Shown one piece after another: positions 1 through 8,706 of a stretch of 64,000 nucleotides of DNA. This stretch comes from Candidatus Yanofskybacteria bacterium (GTDB taxonomy: Bacteria > Patescibacteriota > Minisyncoccia > Minisyncoccales > UBA10102). How positions within the stretch are numbered: the stretch's first letter is position 1; the number at the start of each line of letters is the position of its first letter. A model generated the notes under the pieces. That model made no database searches and had not been told where the DNA came from. It saw only the letters and a list, made by a program, of their open reading frames with translations. A program made the position numbers and the translations under genes. The DNA lies in NCBI GenBank assembly GCA_030688685.1, contig JAUYJF010000006.1:120-64119 (forward strand), given 5' to 3'.

Positions 1-299
1 CCATAGAGCAGAACAGACCCTCGGAACCTCAGTACAAGCTTTTCGTCAATCGTATCTGGATTGAGATGCTTGGTATTGATCTTCACCTTTCGCTCGCCAA
101 GCCACTCAATATCAGCGCCCATGGATTTTAAAATCTCAAGAAACCGCAGAACATCCTCAATCAGCGGGAGGTTGTCAATAACACAATCCTCCGTTGTGAG
201 AATGGTCGCGGCCAACACGGGAAAAGCCGAGTTCTTGGCCCCCCTTACATCAATAGTCCCAGCAAGCGGCCGGGATCCGGTAATGACAAATCGCTCCAT
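1..299 (-). CDS. murA: UDP-N-acetylglucosamine 1-carboxyvinyltransferase (N-terminal part, runs off window)
   Basis: Manual translation from ATG at 299: MERFVITGSRPLAGTIDVRGAKNSAFPVLAATILT..., with the MurA GAKN motif and later RGSVLLYG. Not in the ORF track. Confidence 0.9.
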   Translation of the reverse strand, partial: MERFVITGSRPLAGTIDVRGAKNSAFPVLAATILTTEDCVIDNLPLIEDVLRFLEILKSMGADIEWLGERKVKINTKHLNPDTIDEKLVLRFRGSVLLY

Positions 300-368
300 A
301 GAATATGACTTATAGTATAAGAAACCGACAGGTTTAGCAAACCCTCCTCCTTAACGAAGGACAGTTTT

Positions 369-418
369 AAAAAGAAGAAGCGCCCGGGCCCGCACAGTGT
401 TGTGCAAACCCAGGCACT
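369..418 (-). terminator. Intrinsic terminator after the 443-1544 orphan pair
   Basis: Minus strand GTGCCTGGGTTTGCACA...TGTGCGGGCCCGGGCGC followed by TTCTTCTTTTT. Confidence 0.6.
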
Positions 419-442
419 TTGGAGCCGAAACCCTTCCTCCAC

Positions 443-649
443 TTACATAAGGAGGACCCTGATGGCAATACGGTCTTTGCCATCAAGCGGGTCTTTGGTC
501 TGGGCAGCCCTCACCTCGTGCTGCCCGCACGAGCATATGAATGTACCCAACCGATACGGATCCACGCAAGAAGGGAGTTCCCCCTCTTCGGCCCATAAGG
601 TCCCTGGAAAATCGTAGTCCACCTCTGACCGGTAAACAACCTGAGGCAT
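443..649 (-). CDS. Small hypothetical protein (68 aa)
   Basis: ORF with strong GGAGGTG RBS, directly downstream of 678-1544. Confidence 0.6.
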   Translation of the reverse strand: MPQVVYRSEVDYDFPGTLWAEEGELPSCVDPYRLGTFICSCGQHEVRAAQTKDPLDGKDRIAIRVLLM

Positions 650-677
650 CTATCACCTCCATCTTTTTTTGTGAGCG

Positions 678-1544
678 TTAGGCGCGGGCGCGGCGGATGC
701 GATTCACCGTACCCGCGACCTCCCGCATGATTGCCTCTACGAGGAGGCCATCCGGCAGGTCGTGGCCAAACGTTTCAACCGTATGGCCATGCGGCTCCAG
801 GAGCATCCAAAAGGCCTCGTCTTGCGCCATGCCATAGGGCGCACCAGAGGAGACCAGAAGTGACCCAGGAGTAGGATTGCCCTGGAGCCACTCCCGTATC
901 GTATCCTCTGTCGTGGGACGCACGGAAGGACCGCCTGGGATTATCGCTGGCTTCATGGAAGCGTCCACGAAGACAGCTGTGGTACCAAATTCCTGGGGCA
1001 TATCAACGGCTTGCTGCTCCCAGAGCCAGCGCATCATATCCAGCTCGGTCTTGATACCAAGTTCCTCGAAAGAAGCTTGAGGAAGAGGATCATATCCAGG
1101 ATACTCGAGGAGCGCCCATGCCTCCTGAAGATTCTCCCGGTCGGGTCGAAGCAACCGTTTTCCTCCAAAGACGATAGTCTCCTGCCATCGAACTCCATCG
1201 TCCCAGGCAGTCATAAGATCTTGAAGCCGGGCCACCGCCCGAACGAGGAGAGCACCCGGCCAAGCTGCCCGGGCATACCCCTGTTCGGAAGGCGTCGTTT
1301 TCATCCCGAACCCGCAAAGGTTCAGGTGGTAACGAAACCGCTCTGGGGGGCAAGAGATTTCCACTTCCTTGAGCTCCCACCGCTCCAAGGGCTGGCCATC
1401 CGGACCCTTCTGGAAGAAGCGGGCCTGGAGGGCATTATCAATGCTCTGCAGATCGTTTCCGGGCACCCGCACGTCCTGGAGGAACTGTGCAAACGCTTCC
1501 GTTGGTTGATTAACCGAGTCAAAGAGCAAATACGAACGACGCAC
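678..1544 (-). CDS. Hypothetical protein, DUF218-like Rossmann-type family
   Basis: 288 aa, GAGGTG RBS. Motifs GGxRxL, TExDMM, RPTTEDT and SxxPY resemble a family I recall from amoeba-associated bacteria. Confidence 0.7.
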   Translation of the reverse strand: MRRSYLLFDSVNQPTEAFAQFLQDVRVPGNDLQSIDNALQARFFQKGPDGQPLERWELKEVEISCPPERFRYHLNLCGFGMKTTPSEQGYARAAWPGALLVRAVARLQDLMTAWDDGVRWQETIVFGGKRLLRPDRENLQEAWALLEYPGYDPLPQASFEELGIKTELDMMRWLWEQQAVDMPQEFGTTAVFVDASMKPAIIPGGPSVRPTTEDTIREWLQGNPTPGSLLVSSGAPYGMAQDEAFWMLLEPHGHTVETFGHDLPDGLLVEAIMREVAGTVNRIRRARA

Positions 1545-1588
1545 ATCTCACCTCATAGAATACAGATTTGTCCGCTTCGGACTATAAA

Positions 1589-1639
1589 AATATAACAATA
1601 AAATGGGAACTTGTCAACTTCCCTGTTTTCGTGCATAAT
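1589..1639. promoter_or_regulatory. Divergent sigma70 promoters sharing one overlapping -35 element
   Basis: Plus: TTGTCA(1611)-17-CATAAT(1634). Minus: TTGACA(1617)-17-TATATT(1594). Confidence 0.6.
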
Positions 1640-1645
1640 GAACAA

Positions 1646-3037
1646 ATGCAAAAGCGACACCGCACGATTCTTTTTTTTGTTCTGGCCGTTCTCTTTCTGC
1701 TCATAGCCCCCTCGCTTGCCTTGTATTCCCAGGGATACCGCTTTGATTGGAATCAGAGGAAGGTTACGCAAACCGGCGCCTTTTTCTTTAAGGTATCCCC
1801 TACCCGCGTTTCCATTTTCATTGACGGGGAACCGATCAGCGGCACAGACTTCTTTTTTGGCACCACCTTAACCCGCAACTTTCTTCCCGGTCCCTATCAC
1901 ATACGATTGGAAAAAGAGGGATACATCTCTTGGGAAAGAACATTAGAAATTCAGGAGAATGCCGTTACGGAAGCAAAAAATGTTATCCTCTTTCCCGCGG
2001 ATCTTAAATTCCAGGCGCTCCAAGAAGGCATAGAGAAAATGTGGCCGTCCGCTTCAGGTTCAAAGATTGTGTTTTTGGAACAAACCTCCCAAGGAGCGCT
2101 TCAGCTTTCTCTCCTGGACCGGAGCACAAACAGAAAAACAGTCCTCACTGCACCCTTGAGCCGTTCCAGCGAGATTCTGCATGTTCTTTTTGATCCCCAG
2201 GAGGAACGGGTATTATTCCAGGTCGCGGGCCAGGAACAAATCAATACCTTTATTCATCATATCAGCGCTTCCGCCACTCTCTGCGGTCAGCGGGCTTGTT
2301 CTCTTTCTCTTGCCGTAGCTCCCAAAGAAGTTGTGTTTTCGTCTTCACCAAATCGCGTTCTTGTCCTGCGAAACCTCGGGACGATCCAAATTCTCCAAGA
2401 GACAGATTACACAACAGGCCGGGATCTCGCGTATTGGGGAACACATGTTGCGGCTTTTACGGTTTCAGGGCAGAATCTTCTCTGGCTTGAACGTGAGGGC
2501 ACCATGTGGAGCGTCAATCTTGGCCCCCAAGCGTCACCGCAGATGATGCAAACAGCAAAGTTCCCGGTACGGCAGGAAACCTCATACATCCTTTCTGCTG
2601 AGGCGGGAAGAATCTTCTTGCGGGAGGCGGAAAAAGCATACCTCATAAAGAACCAAGAATTCCAAGAGATTGGAAACGGGGTGCGGGATATGCGCGTCAG
2701 CCCAGACGGCCGCAAACTTCTCCTGTCTAATAACTCTGAGATATGGATCCTCATGCTTCAAGACGATGACAGTCAACCGCGAAAGAGAGAGGGAGACAGA
2801 ATATTCATCACCCGCTTGTCAGAGCCCATATCCTTACCTCTTTGGATTACATCTTCCCATCTCATCTTCTCTGTGGGAAATACCATCAAAATAGCGGAAA
2901 CAGATGACCGTGACCGGATTACTCCTCTTGAAATTGCTTCCTTTGTGAACCCTCAGATCTTCTGGAGAGATGGGGAAAGAACTCTTCATGTTCTAAGTGA
3001 AGGAACGCTCTACGCTTCAGAACGCCTTATGAACTAA
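1646..3037 (+). CDS. PEGA-domain membrane-anchored protein with beta-propeller-like C-terminus
   Basis: N-terminal TM helix, YSQGYRFD..QTG and LLPGPYHIRLEKEGYISW PEGA signature typical of CPR. Start moved to ATG 1646. Confidence 0.8.
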   Translation: MQKRHRTILFFVLAVLFLLIAPSLALYSQGYRFDWNQRKVTQTGAFFFKVSPTRVSIFIDGEPISGTDFFFGTTLTRNFLPGPYHIRLEKEGYISWERTLEIQENAVTEAKNVILFPADLKFQALQEGIEKMWPSASGSKIVFLEQTSQGALQLSLLDRSTNRKTVLTAPLSRSSEILHVLFDPQEERVLFQVAGQEQINTFIHHISASATLCGQRACSLSLAVAPKEVVFSSSPNRVLVLRNLGTIQILQETDYTTGRDLAYWGTHVAAFTVSGQNLLWLEREGTMWSVNLGPQASPQMMQTAKFPVRQETSYILSAEAGRIFLREAEKAYLIKNQEFQEIGNGVRDMRVSPDGRKLLLSNNSEIWILMLQDDDSQPRKREGDRIFITRLSEPISLPLWITSSHLIFSVGNTIKIAETDDRDRITPLEIASFVNPQIFWRDGERTLHVLSEGTLYASERLMN

Positions 3038-3046
3038 GGCGTTCTG

Positions 3047-3310
3047 TCAATTCCCCTCTTTCCACTCAATCCATTTTTGCTGGGGAATACCAGACTGACG
3101 TATAATGGTTTTCAGCGTCTTTGGATGAATGGAACTGTTTCCATGATATTGGACATGCGTTTGTCGCGGCCTTCCTCCATAATGTCCGAGATAATAAAAA
3201 TGACTTCCGCGCGCATGTGTGTGCTGGAAGCCATTTTCCTCTAGAAATTTCACAATATTTTTAAACGTCCAATTCTGTAATCCCCGAGACATATGCCTAC
3301 GCGTTGGCAA
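3047..3310 (-). CDS. hicA: HicA family mRNA interferase toxin
   Basis: LEENGF...RGSH...H....TLKTIIRQSG HicA pattern. Confidence 0.85.
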   Translation of the reverse strand: MPTRRHMSRGLQNWTFKNIVKFLEENGFQHTHARGSHFYYLGHYGGRPRQTHVQYHGNSSIHPKTLKTIIRQSGIPQQKWIEWKEGN

Positions 3311-3626
3311 GCGTCATCCGTCCGGCATTGAGAATGCGCCCAAGATACTTTTGATATTTCTTCCGTAATTTCTCGTCTTGATACTCTGTCCACATGCCCT
3401 CATACTCGGCATCCGGTTTTTGGTTTAAGATGTCGTCACGAACTTTCACTTTTCGTGCCGCTTCAACATACCCTTGCACAGCATTCACAAGCTCAAAAAA
3501 AGCTTCTTGATACGAGCTTGCTTCAACCATGAGATTCAACTCAAGGGCAATACCAAAATACCTCCCGTCTTCATGAAAAATGAGATATCGAGTAGAACCT
3601 TTATCGCGAGTATTCCTGGATTTCAT
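3297..3626 (-). CDS. HicB-like antitoxin
   Basis: YFGIALELNLMVEASSYQEAFFELVNAV HicB N-terminal pattern, overlapping hicA. Confidence 0.7.
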   Translation of the reverse strand: MKSRNTRDKGSTRYLIFHEDGRYFGIALELNLMVEASSYQEAFFELVNAVQGYVEAARKVKVRDDILNQKPDAEYEGMWTEYQDEKLRKKYQKYLGRILNAGRMTLANA

Positions 3627-3670
3627 GGTTTCATTATTCCACTTCCAGACGTTGCAGTCAACCTTTCTCC

Positions 3671-3700
3671 AAAAGAAAACGAGGCCTTTTGGGGGCCTCG
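3671..3700 (-). terminator. Terminator after rpsI
   Basis: CGAGGCC-loop-GGCCTCG followed by a T-rich run on the minus strand. Confidence 0.65.
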
Positions 3701-3707
3701 AGTTCCT

Positions 3708-4136
3708 CTATCTCTTCCGCCACTGTCGCGCGCGTCTTGCTCTCTTGAGCCCTGGTTTCTGGCGTTCTCTGGCGCGAGGATCTCTCTTAAGGAATCCGAG
3801 GGCCTTGAGCTGAGGGCGCGTTTCAGGATTCAGAGAAACAATGGCGCGGGTCAGGCCATGGCGAACCGCTTCTGCCTGCGCGTGTATGCCGGATCCTGAA
3901 ACCTGAACGGAAACATCAAAGGGGGTATCCAGAGCTTGGAGAGCCTGGCGAACAATCTTTTGATCTTGGGTACCCTGGAAATGCGCCTCCATGGTTTTTT
4001 CGTTCACGACAAATTTCTCCTCCTTGCCTTTTTGGATTCTTACCCGGGCAATGGCGGATTTTCTTCTCCCTATTCCCTCCCAGTACTGCGGGGAGTCGGG
4101 AGTCTTTTTCTGCTGTGTGACAGTCGCTTTTGCCAT
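3708..4136 (-). CDS. rpsI: 30S ribosomal protein S9
   Basis: GRRKSAIARV, RDPR..ERQKPGLKRARRARQWRKR. Confidence 0.98.
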   Translation of the reverse strand: MAKATVTQQKKTPDSPQYWEGIGRRKSAIARVRIQKGKEEKFVVNEKTMEAHFQGTQDQKIVRQALQALDTPFDVSVQVSGSGIHAQAEAVRHGLTRAIVSLNPETRPQLKALGFLKRDPRARERQKPGLKRARRARQWRKR

Positions 4137-4140
4137 AGTG

Positions 4141-4494
4141 CTATGCTTTTATCTTCAGCCGTTTTATCTGCCGGGAACGCAGTTTATTCTTTGGAAGCAT
4201 CCCATATACGGCTATTTTCAAAACTTCAGCGGGGCTCTCTTCAAAAAGCTTTTCCAGTTTCTTTTCCTTGAGCCCGCCCAAATATCCCGTGTGATGATAA
4301 TATGTTTTCTGCTTCAGCTTTCTGCCGGTGAACCGCATCTTGGACGCGTTTTCCACTATCACCTCGTCTTCTCCCTCCTTATAGGGAACAAAATCCGGCT
4401 TCTGCTTGCCTCGAAGAAGCACCGCGATCTGGGTCGCGAGACGACCGGGCGTTTGTCCAGTTGCGTCAATTGTATATGTTTGTTTTTCTGACAT
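4141..4494 (-). CDS. rplM: 50S ribosomal protein L13
   Basis: IDATG..GRLAT, YYHHTGYLGG, GMLPKN. Confidence 0.98.
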   Translation of the reverse strand: MSEKQTYTIDATGQTPGRLATQIAVLLRGKQKPDFVPYKEGEDEVIVENASKMRFTGRKLKQKTYYHHTGYLGGLKEKKLEKLFEESPAEVLKIAVYGMLPKNKLRSRQIKRLKIKA

Positions 4495-4498
4495 ACGC

Positions 4499-4849
4499 TT
4501 ATTTTACAAATTCCAAAATCACCATGGGAGCTCCGTCGCTTGGTCTCGCCCCCAGCTTGATGACTCTCGTATACCCTCCTGCTCGCTCTTTATACCGAGG
4601 GGCTATCTCCTCAACAAGCTTCTTTGCGGTTTTTGTGTCGCTTGCTTGAATAAGGTATCTGCGGGCCGCGATATCTCCTCGCTTTGCTCTCGTAACTAAA
4701 CGCTCAACCACACGCACGGTCTCTTTTGCCTTTGCCTCTGTGGTCTGAATACGCTCTTGATCCACAAAAGAACGCGCAAGCCCTTTCAAGAGCGCCAGGC
4801 GCTGATTTCGCGGTCGTCCAAATTTTTTTCCGGTAACTCGCTTGCGCAT
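4499..4849 (-). CDS. rplQ: 50S ribosomal protein L17
   Basis: ITTxAKAK-like and RAGGYTRVIK motifs. Start at MRKRVTG. Confidence 0.97.
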   Translation of the reverse strand: MRKRVTGKKFGRPRNQRLALLKGLARSFVDQERIQTTEAKAKETVRVVERLVTRAKRGDIAARRYLIQASDTKTAKKLVEEIAPRYKERAGGYTRVIKLGARPSDGAPMVILEFVK

Positions 4850-4850
4850 G

Positions 4851-5663
4851 TTATTTCTTTTTTGCTTTCGCGATCTTTGATTTTTTCGTAACGGGCGAAG
4901 CTCTCTTAACGAGAGAAGGTTGCTTCTCTCGTTTCTTCTCAACTGACTTTTTCTGCTCGGCGAGAGGGACTTGCTTTTCCTGCTTTTCTGGGCCCGCGAT
5001 CAAAGAAAAATGGTCGGTAAGAATTTTCGCCGCCTGGTAAAAAGCGACCTCAGGATCCAGGGTGCCGTCAGTCTCTATCTCCAGAATGAGGCGGTCAAAA
5101 TCTGTTCGCTCTCCCACGCGCATATTCTCCACCTTTTGGCTCACGCGGCGAACAGGACTATAGGCGGCATCCAAAAGAATAGTGCCGATTTCCTCTTTCC
5201 CCTTTCTCCGGTGCTCCGCGAGAATATATCCGACTCCCCGCTCAATCTGAAGCTCCATGGAGAATTCTGCCTGCTTGTCGGTAAGGGTGGCTATGTGCTG
5301 ATCAGGATTGGCAAGCTCCAGCTGAGAAGGAAGTTTCAGATCAGAACCCTTCACTTCTTTTTCTCCCTTCACGTGCAAGGTTGCGTGCTGGGGCTCATCT
5401 CCATGAAGGCGAAAACGGAGCTGCTTGATGTTTAGAAGAATGGAAACCACATCTTCATATACGCCCGGAATGGTGGTAAACTCGTGGGTTCCCTGGCCTA
5501 CTCGCACTTGGGTTACCGCGGCTCCCTGCAGTGAGGAAAGAAGAACGCGGCGCATGGAGTTTCCTATGGTAATGCCATATCCCGGATACAGTCCTTCAAC
5601 TTCAAAAACACCTCTCGTGCTCGTTTTCTCTGAAACTTTTGGTACGTTTGGAAAAGGAATCAT
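4851..5663 (-). CDS. rpoA: RNA polymerase alpha subunit (no recognisable alpha-CTD; Lys-rich tail)
   Basis: GYGITIGNSMRRVLLSSLQGAA, HEFTTIPGV, RVGERTDFDRL. Confidence 0.97.
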   Translation of the reverse strand: MIPFPNVPKVSEKTSTRGVFEVEGLYPGYGITIGNSMRRVLLSSLQGAAVTQVRVGQGTHEFTTIPGVYEDVVSILLNIKQLRFRLHGDEPQHATLHVKGEKEVKGSDLKLPSQLELANPDQHIATLTDKQAEFSMELQIERGVGYILAEHRRKGKEEIGTILLDAAYSPVRRVSQKVENMRVGERTDFDRLILEIETDGTLDPEVAFYQAAKILTDHFSLIAGPEKQEKQVPLAEQKKSVEKKREKQPSLVKRASPVTKKSKIAKAKKK

Positions 5664-5665
5664 AA

Positions 5666-6193
5666 TTATCTGGAGTAATATTCTAAAATGAGAGAGATCT
5701 CAACCGACGGGGAAATCTCCTCCAATGTTGGTTCGCCTTTTATGGTTATGGACATTGCTTCAGGATCCAGGATCATCCAGGTGGGAGCTTCATGTTTCTT
5801 AAGGGCGAGTTTCACGTTTTGCATCAATATGGTTTTCTCAGATGAAGGATGCGCCTGAATCACATCCCCTTTCTGTACTTGATAAGAAGGGATGGTCAAG
5901 GGCTTTCCATTTACCAGAAAATGCCGATGGGAAACCATCTGGCGCGCTTGGTTCCGAGTCTGGGCAAATCCCGCGCGATACACAACATTATCCAAGCGCC
6001 GTTCCAGCCGCTGAAGAAAGAGCTCAGCCGCCGTTCCCCCTTTTGTAGCCAATTGCAGCGCCTCCTGCATATAGCGCTTAAACTGGCGCTCCCGTAAATT
6101 ATACTGAGAACGCAGCTCTTGCTTTTCACGCAGCTGCTTTCCGTATTCAGAGAGCTTTCCTCCTCCTCGTTTTCGTACGACTCCTTTTTGCAT
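5666..6193 (-). CDS. rpsD: 30S ribosomal protein S4 (short N-terminus)
   Basis: SEYGKQLREKQ, LERRLDNVVYR, ARQMVSH, EYYSR. Confidence 0.97.
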   Translation of the reverse strand: MQKGVVRKRGGGKLSEYGKQLREKQELRSQYNLRERQFKRYMQEALQLATKGGTAAELFLQRLERRLDNVVYRAGFAQTRNQARQMVSHRHFLVNGKPLTIPSYQVQKGDVIQAHPSSEKTILMQNVKLALKKHEAPTWMILDPEAMSITIKGEPTLEEISPSVEISLILEYYSR

Positions 6194-6202
6194 ATATAAG
6201 TA

Positions 6203-6652
6203 TTATACTCGCCGAGGTTTGGGCGGCATGGGACCGTTATGGGGCACAGGGGTAATATCTCGTACGGAAAGAATTTCCATGGGTTTTGCCGCAAACGTGC
6301 GGAGCGCGGAATCTCGCCCAGGTCCGATCCCTTTCACGGAAATAGAAACCTTTCCGATTCCTTTATTTAAAGCGATCTGGGCAATGGCGTCTGCCACCTT
6401 GGAAGCCGCGAATGGCGTGGACTTCCTGGTTCCTTTGAACCCAACAGAGCCCGCGCTTACCTGCGCCACCACGTTTCCTGAGGCATCTGTTACAGATATA
6501 AGCGTGTTGTTATAGCTTGAAGATACATAAATCCTCCCCTCTTTTAGGGCTTTTTTGGAAGAAACAGGAGCAAGATCCGGCTGAACCGTCGCTTCCTTGG
6601 CAACTTCTGGAGTATCCTCCCCGCTTTTTTTTATGATTCGCTTTTTTCCCAT
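6203..6652 (-). CDS. rpsK: 30S ribosomal protein S11
   Basis: GFKGTRKSTPFAA, DITPVPHNG. Confidence 0.98.
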   Translation of the reverse strand: MGKKRIIKKSGEDTPEVAKEATVQPDLAPVSSKKALKEGRIYVSSSYNNTLISVTDASGNVVAQVSAGSVGFKGTRKSTPFAASKVADAIAQIALNKGIGKVSISVKGIGPGRDSALRTFAAKPMEILSVRDITPVPHNGPMPPKPRRV

Positions 6653-6661
6653 AGTTCTCTA

Positions 6662-7051
6662 TTAGGTAGGAGATGAGGCTGGCTTGCGGCCCGACCCTAC
6701 GGTCTTGCGCTTATTCCCGCGGACTGTTCGGGAATTAGTGCGTGTACGCTGCCCGCGCACGGGAAGGTTTTTCGCGTGCCGCGTCCCGCGCAATGATCCA
6801 ATCTCCCGCAAACGGCGAACATTCATTAGCAGATCCCGACGGAGCTCTCCCTCAACCTTACAATTTTTCTCAATAGCCTCTTTGATGGCGCTCACCTCTT
6901 GCGCCTTGAGATCCTTTGCTTTTGTCTCGGAATTTACGTTAACCTCTTTTAAGATGCGAATGCTCAAAGAAGGCCCAATTCCGTAGATTGAGGTCAAGGC
7001 AACCCATATTTTTTTTTCGTCTGGAATATTAATTCCTGCGATCCATGCCAT
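6662..7051 (-). CDS. rpsM: 30S ribosomal protein S13
   Basis: IAGINIP, IYGIG, LPVRGQRTRTNSRT. Confidence 0.98.
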   Translation of the reverse strand: MAWIAGINIPDEKKIWVALTSIYGIGPSLSIRILKEVNVNSETKAKDLKAQEVSAIKEAIEKNCKVEGELRRDLLMNVRRLREIGSLRGTRHAKNLPVRGQRTRTNSRTVRGNKRKTVGSGRKPASSPT

Positions 7052-7067
7052 ATAATCAGAAAAGAAG

Positions 7068-7184
7068 CTAGCCTTGCCGCTGCTTATGTTTGGGTGTCAC
7101 TTTGCAAATAATTCGCAAGGCACCCTTTCTTCGCACGACTTTGCAGTCTTTGCATCGTTTTTTTACCGCAGCTCGGACTTTCAT
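7068..7184 (-). CDS. rpmJ: 50S ribosomal protein L36
   Basis: Manual translation [38 protein letters not shown]. Confidence 0.97.
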   Translation of the reverse strand: MKVRAAVKKRCKDCKVVRRKGALRIICKVTPKHKQRQG

Positions 7185-7192
7185 TGGTTCTG

Positions 7193-7420
7193 TTACTTTT
7201 TATCGCGATACACAATTCTCCCTTTTGTCTGGTCATACGGGCTCATTTCTACCGTAACCCGGTCTCCCGGGAGAATGCGAATCCTATGGACAACCAGCTT
7301 GCCAGAAAGATACGCGTGAATTTCTCTCTCGTCATCCAGGCGAACGCGAAAACGAAGGCTGGGAAGTGTTTCAATGACTTCACCGCTCACTCGAAGTTCT
7401 TGTTTGGATTGATCCGCCAT
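7193..7420 (-). CDS. infA: Translation initiation factor IF-1
   Basis: [26 protein letters not shown]. Confidence 0.98.
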   Translation of the reverse strand: MADQSKQELRVSGEVIETLPSLRFRVRLDDEREIHAYLSGKLVVHRIRILPGDRVTVEMSPYDQTKGRIVYRDKK

Positions 7421-7443
7421 TCTTGGTTTCCCTGAGTATGGTA

Positions 7444-8706
7444 TCAGAATGGCCGGCTTTCGTCAATATGGAGGTCTACCCGGATGCGATTCTCAGACCC
7501 GGGAACAGATTTTACCCAAAAAGGCCAGAGGGAAACCTTTGCCTGAGCCACCGACAGGTAGTCTGCCAGGATGCGCTCCGCGGCGCTTTCCTGGAGACCC
7601 TGGATCTGCTTCTTGATCTCAACTGGATCCACGGTTTCATAGGCAGTGCCGTGGGCTTCCATTTCCATGATCAGCACTTTTCCTTCTTCCTGCAAGCGGC
7701 CGTTCCCATAGGAAATCATCACCTCCCGCTCCAGTTCCTCATGGTGCAAAAGCCGCGTCCTCAGAAGTTCTGAGGCAAGCTCCTGGAGGTCTTCTAAGCG
7801 AAAGGCGACTCCCCGCACTTCTACCTTTGCAGAATAGTTAAATTCCCCGAGTTCCGCTCCTGGTCGAATGGGAGTTCCGGCCTCCAGAACGTGGAGTGAC
7901 AAAAGATCCGCGTCAAGCGTAAATCCGGCGGGAAGTTCAGCTTCCATGCTTTTATGCGCCTCCCGCTTGAGATCCGCGAGAATGGCATTCCGAGCCTGCT
8001 GAATGTCCTGATCGGTTACCACCGTGATCTGCTCAGTGCTTCCTCCTTTCATGGGTTCAAAGGACCTGGCGTATACCTGGGTATAAAGCGCGGATCCCGC
8101 GAGTCCCGGCAAAGCGAAATTTGATGATCCAATATTGTAACTCTCCCCCGCTTCGGCCGCTACAACCCGCACATCAAGCGTTCCCGGGGTCCCGGACGAG
8201 GCGGCCGCGGGAACAACAACGCGAGTCTCTATGCGAAAAAGTTTGTTATTTTCTGAAAGAAACCTCGTCTGGGCAACAAGCGTCTGGGCCGTTCTTTGGG
8301 TATTATAGACCCGAATGGTTCCCGTGGCGCGAGAACTCGCGCTTGAAAGCCCGAAAGCCGGATAGAGTTTTGTCGCTTGGCGCGATTCTGCAACCGCGTG
8401 TCCGGGAATTGAACGAATGAGCGGCTGAACAGCTTGAGAATCCGCAATAACGGAAACGCTTTCCTCCAGGGACAGTTCCCGAATCTGCGGCCAAACCTGC
8501 ACTTCTGCTTTTGCAAAAAAGAAATGCACCATGCCAAAGCCGCTCAAGAGCAGCAGCCCAAAAAGCATAAACAAGCTCCTTGGAACACGTCTTCCGTTCT
8601 GTTCATCTTCGTTCAAAGCATCTATGCGGAGCGTACGCTGAATGTCTCCCCGCCTGCCTACATGCGGCGGAGCTATGTCTATGATTTTTCTGTTATTTGA
8701 GGGCAT
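7444..8706 (-). CDS. CPR conserved membrane-anchored protein with baseplate J/gp47-like domain
   Basis: N-terminal [31 protein letters not shown]-terminal PFWVKSVP typical of this CPR family. Confidence 0.7.
   Translation of the reverse strand: MPSNNRKIIDIAPPHVGRRGDIQRTLRIDALNEDEQNGRRVPRSLFMLFGLLLLSGFGMVHFFFAKAEVQVWPQIRELSLEESVSVIADSQAVQPLIRSIPGHAVAESRQATKLYPAFGLSSASSRATGTIRVYNTQRTAQTLVAQTRFLSENNKLFRIETRVVVPAAASSGTPGTLDVRVVAAEAGESYNIGSSNFALPGLAGSALYTQVYARSFEPMKGGSTEQITVVTDQDIQQARNAILADLKREAHKSMEAELPAGFTLDADLLSLHVLEAGTPIRPGAELGEFNYSAKVEVRGVAFRLEDLQELASELLRTRLLHHEELEREVMISYGNGRLQEEGKVLIMEMEAHGTAYETVDPVEIKKQIQGLQESAAERILADYLSVAQAKVSLWPFWVKSVPGSENRIRVDLHIDESRPF

Noticed and set aside
335-365. 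c-di-GMP-I riboswitch-like GCAAACC...GGGAC
   Set aside because: It lacks the GNRA loop, the GCAAAG junction and the second stem, and faces away from any plus-strand gene.
7444-8706. Prophage based on the baseplate-J-like gene
   Set aside because: No other phage genes are present, the protein has a TM anchor, and it sits in a core-type context.
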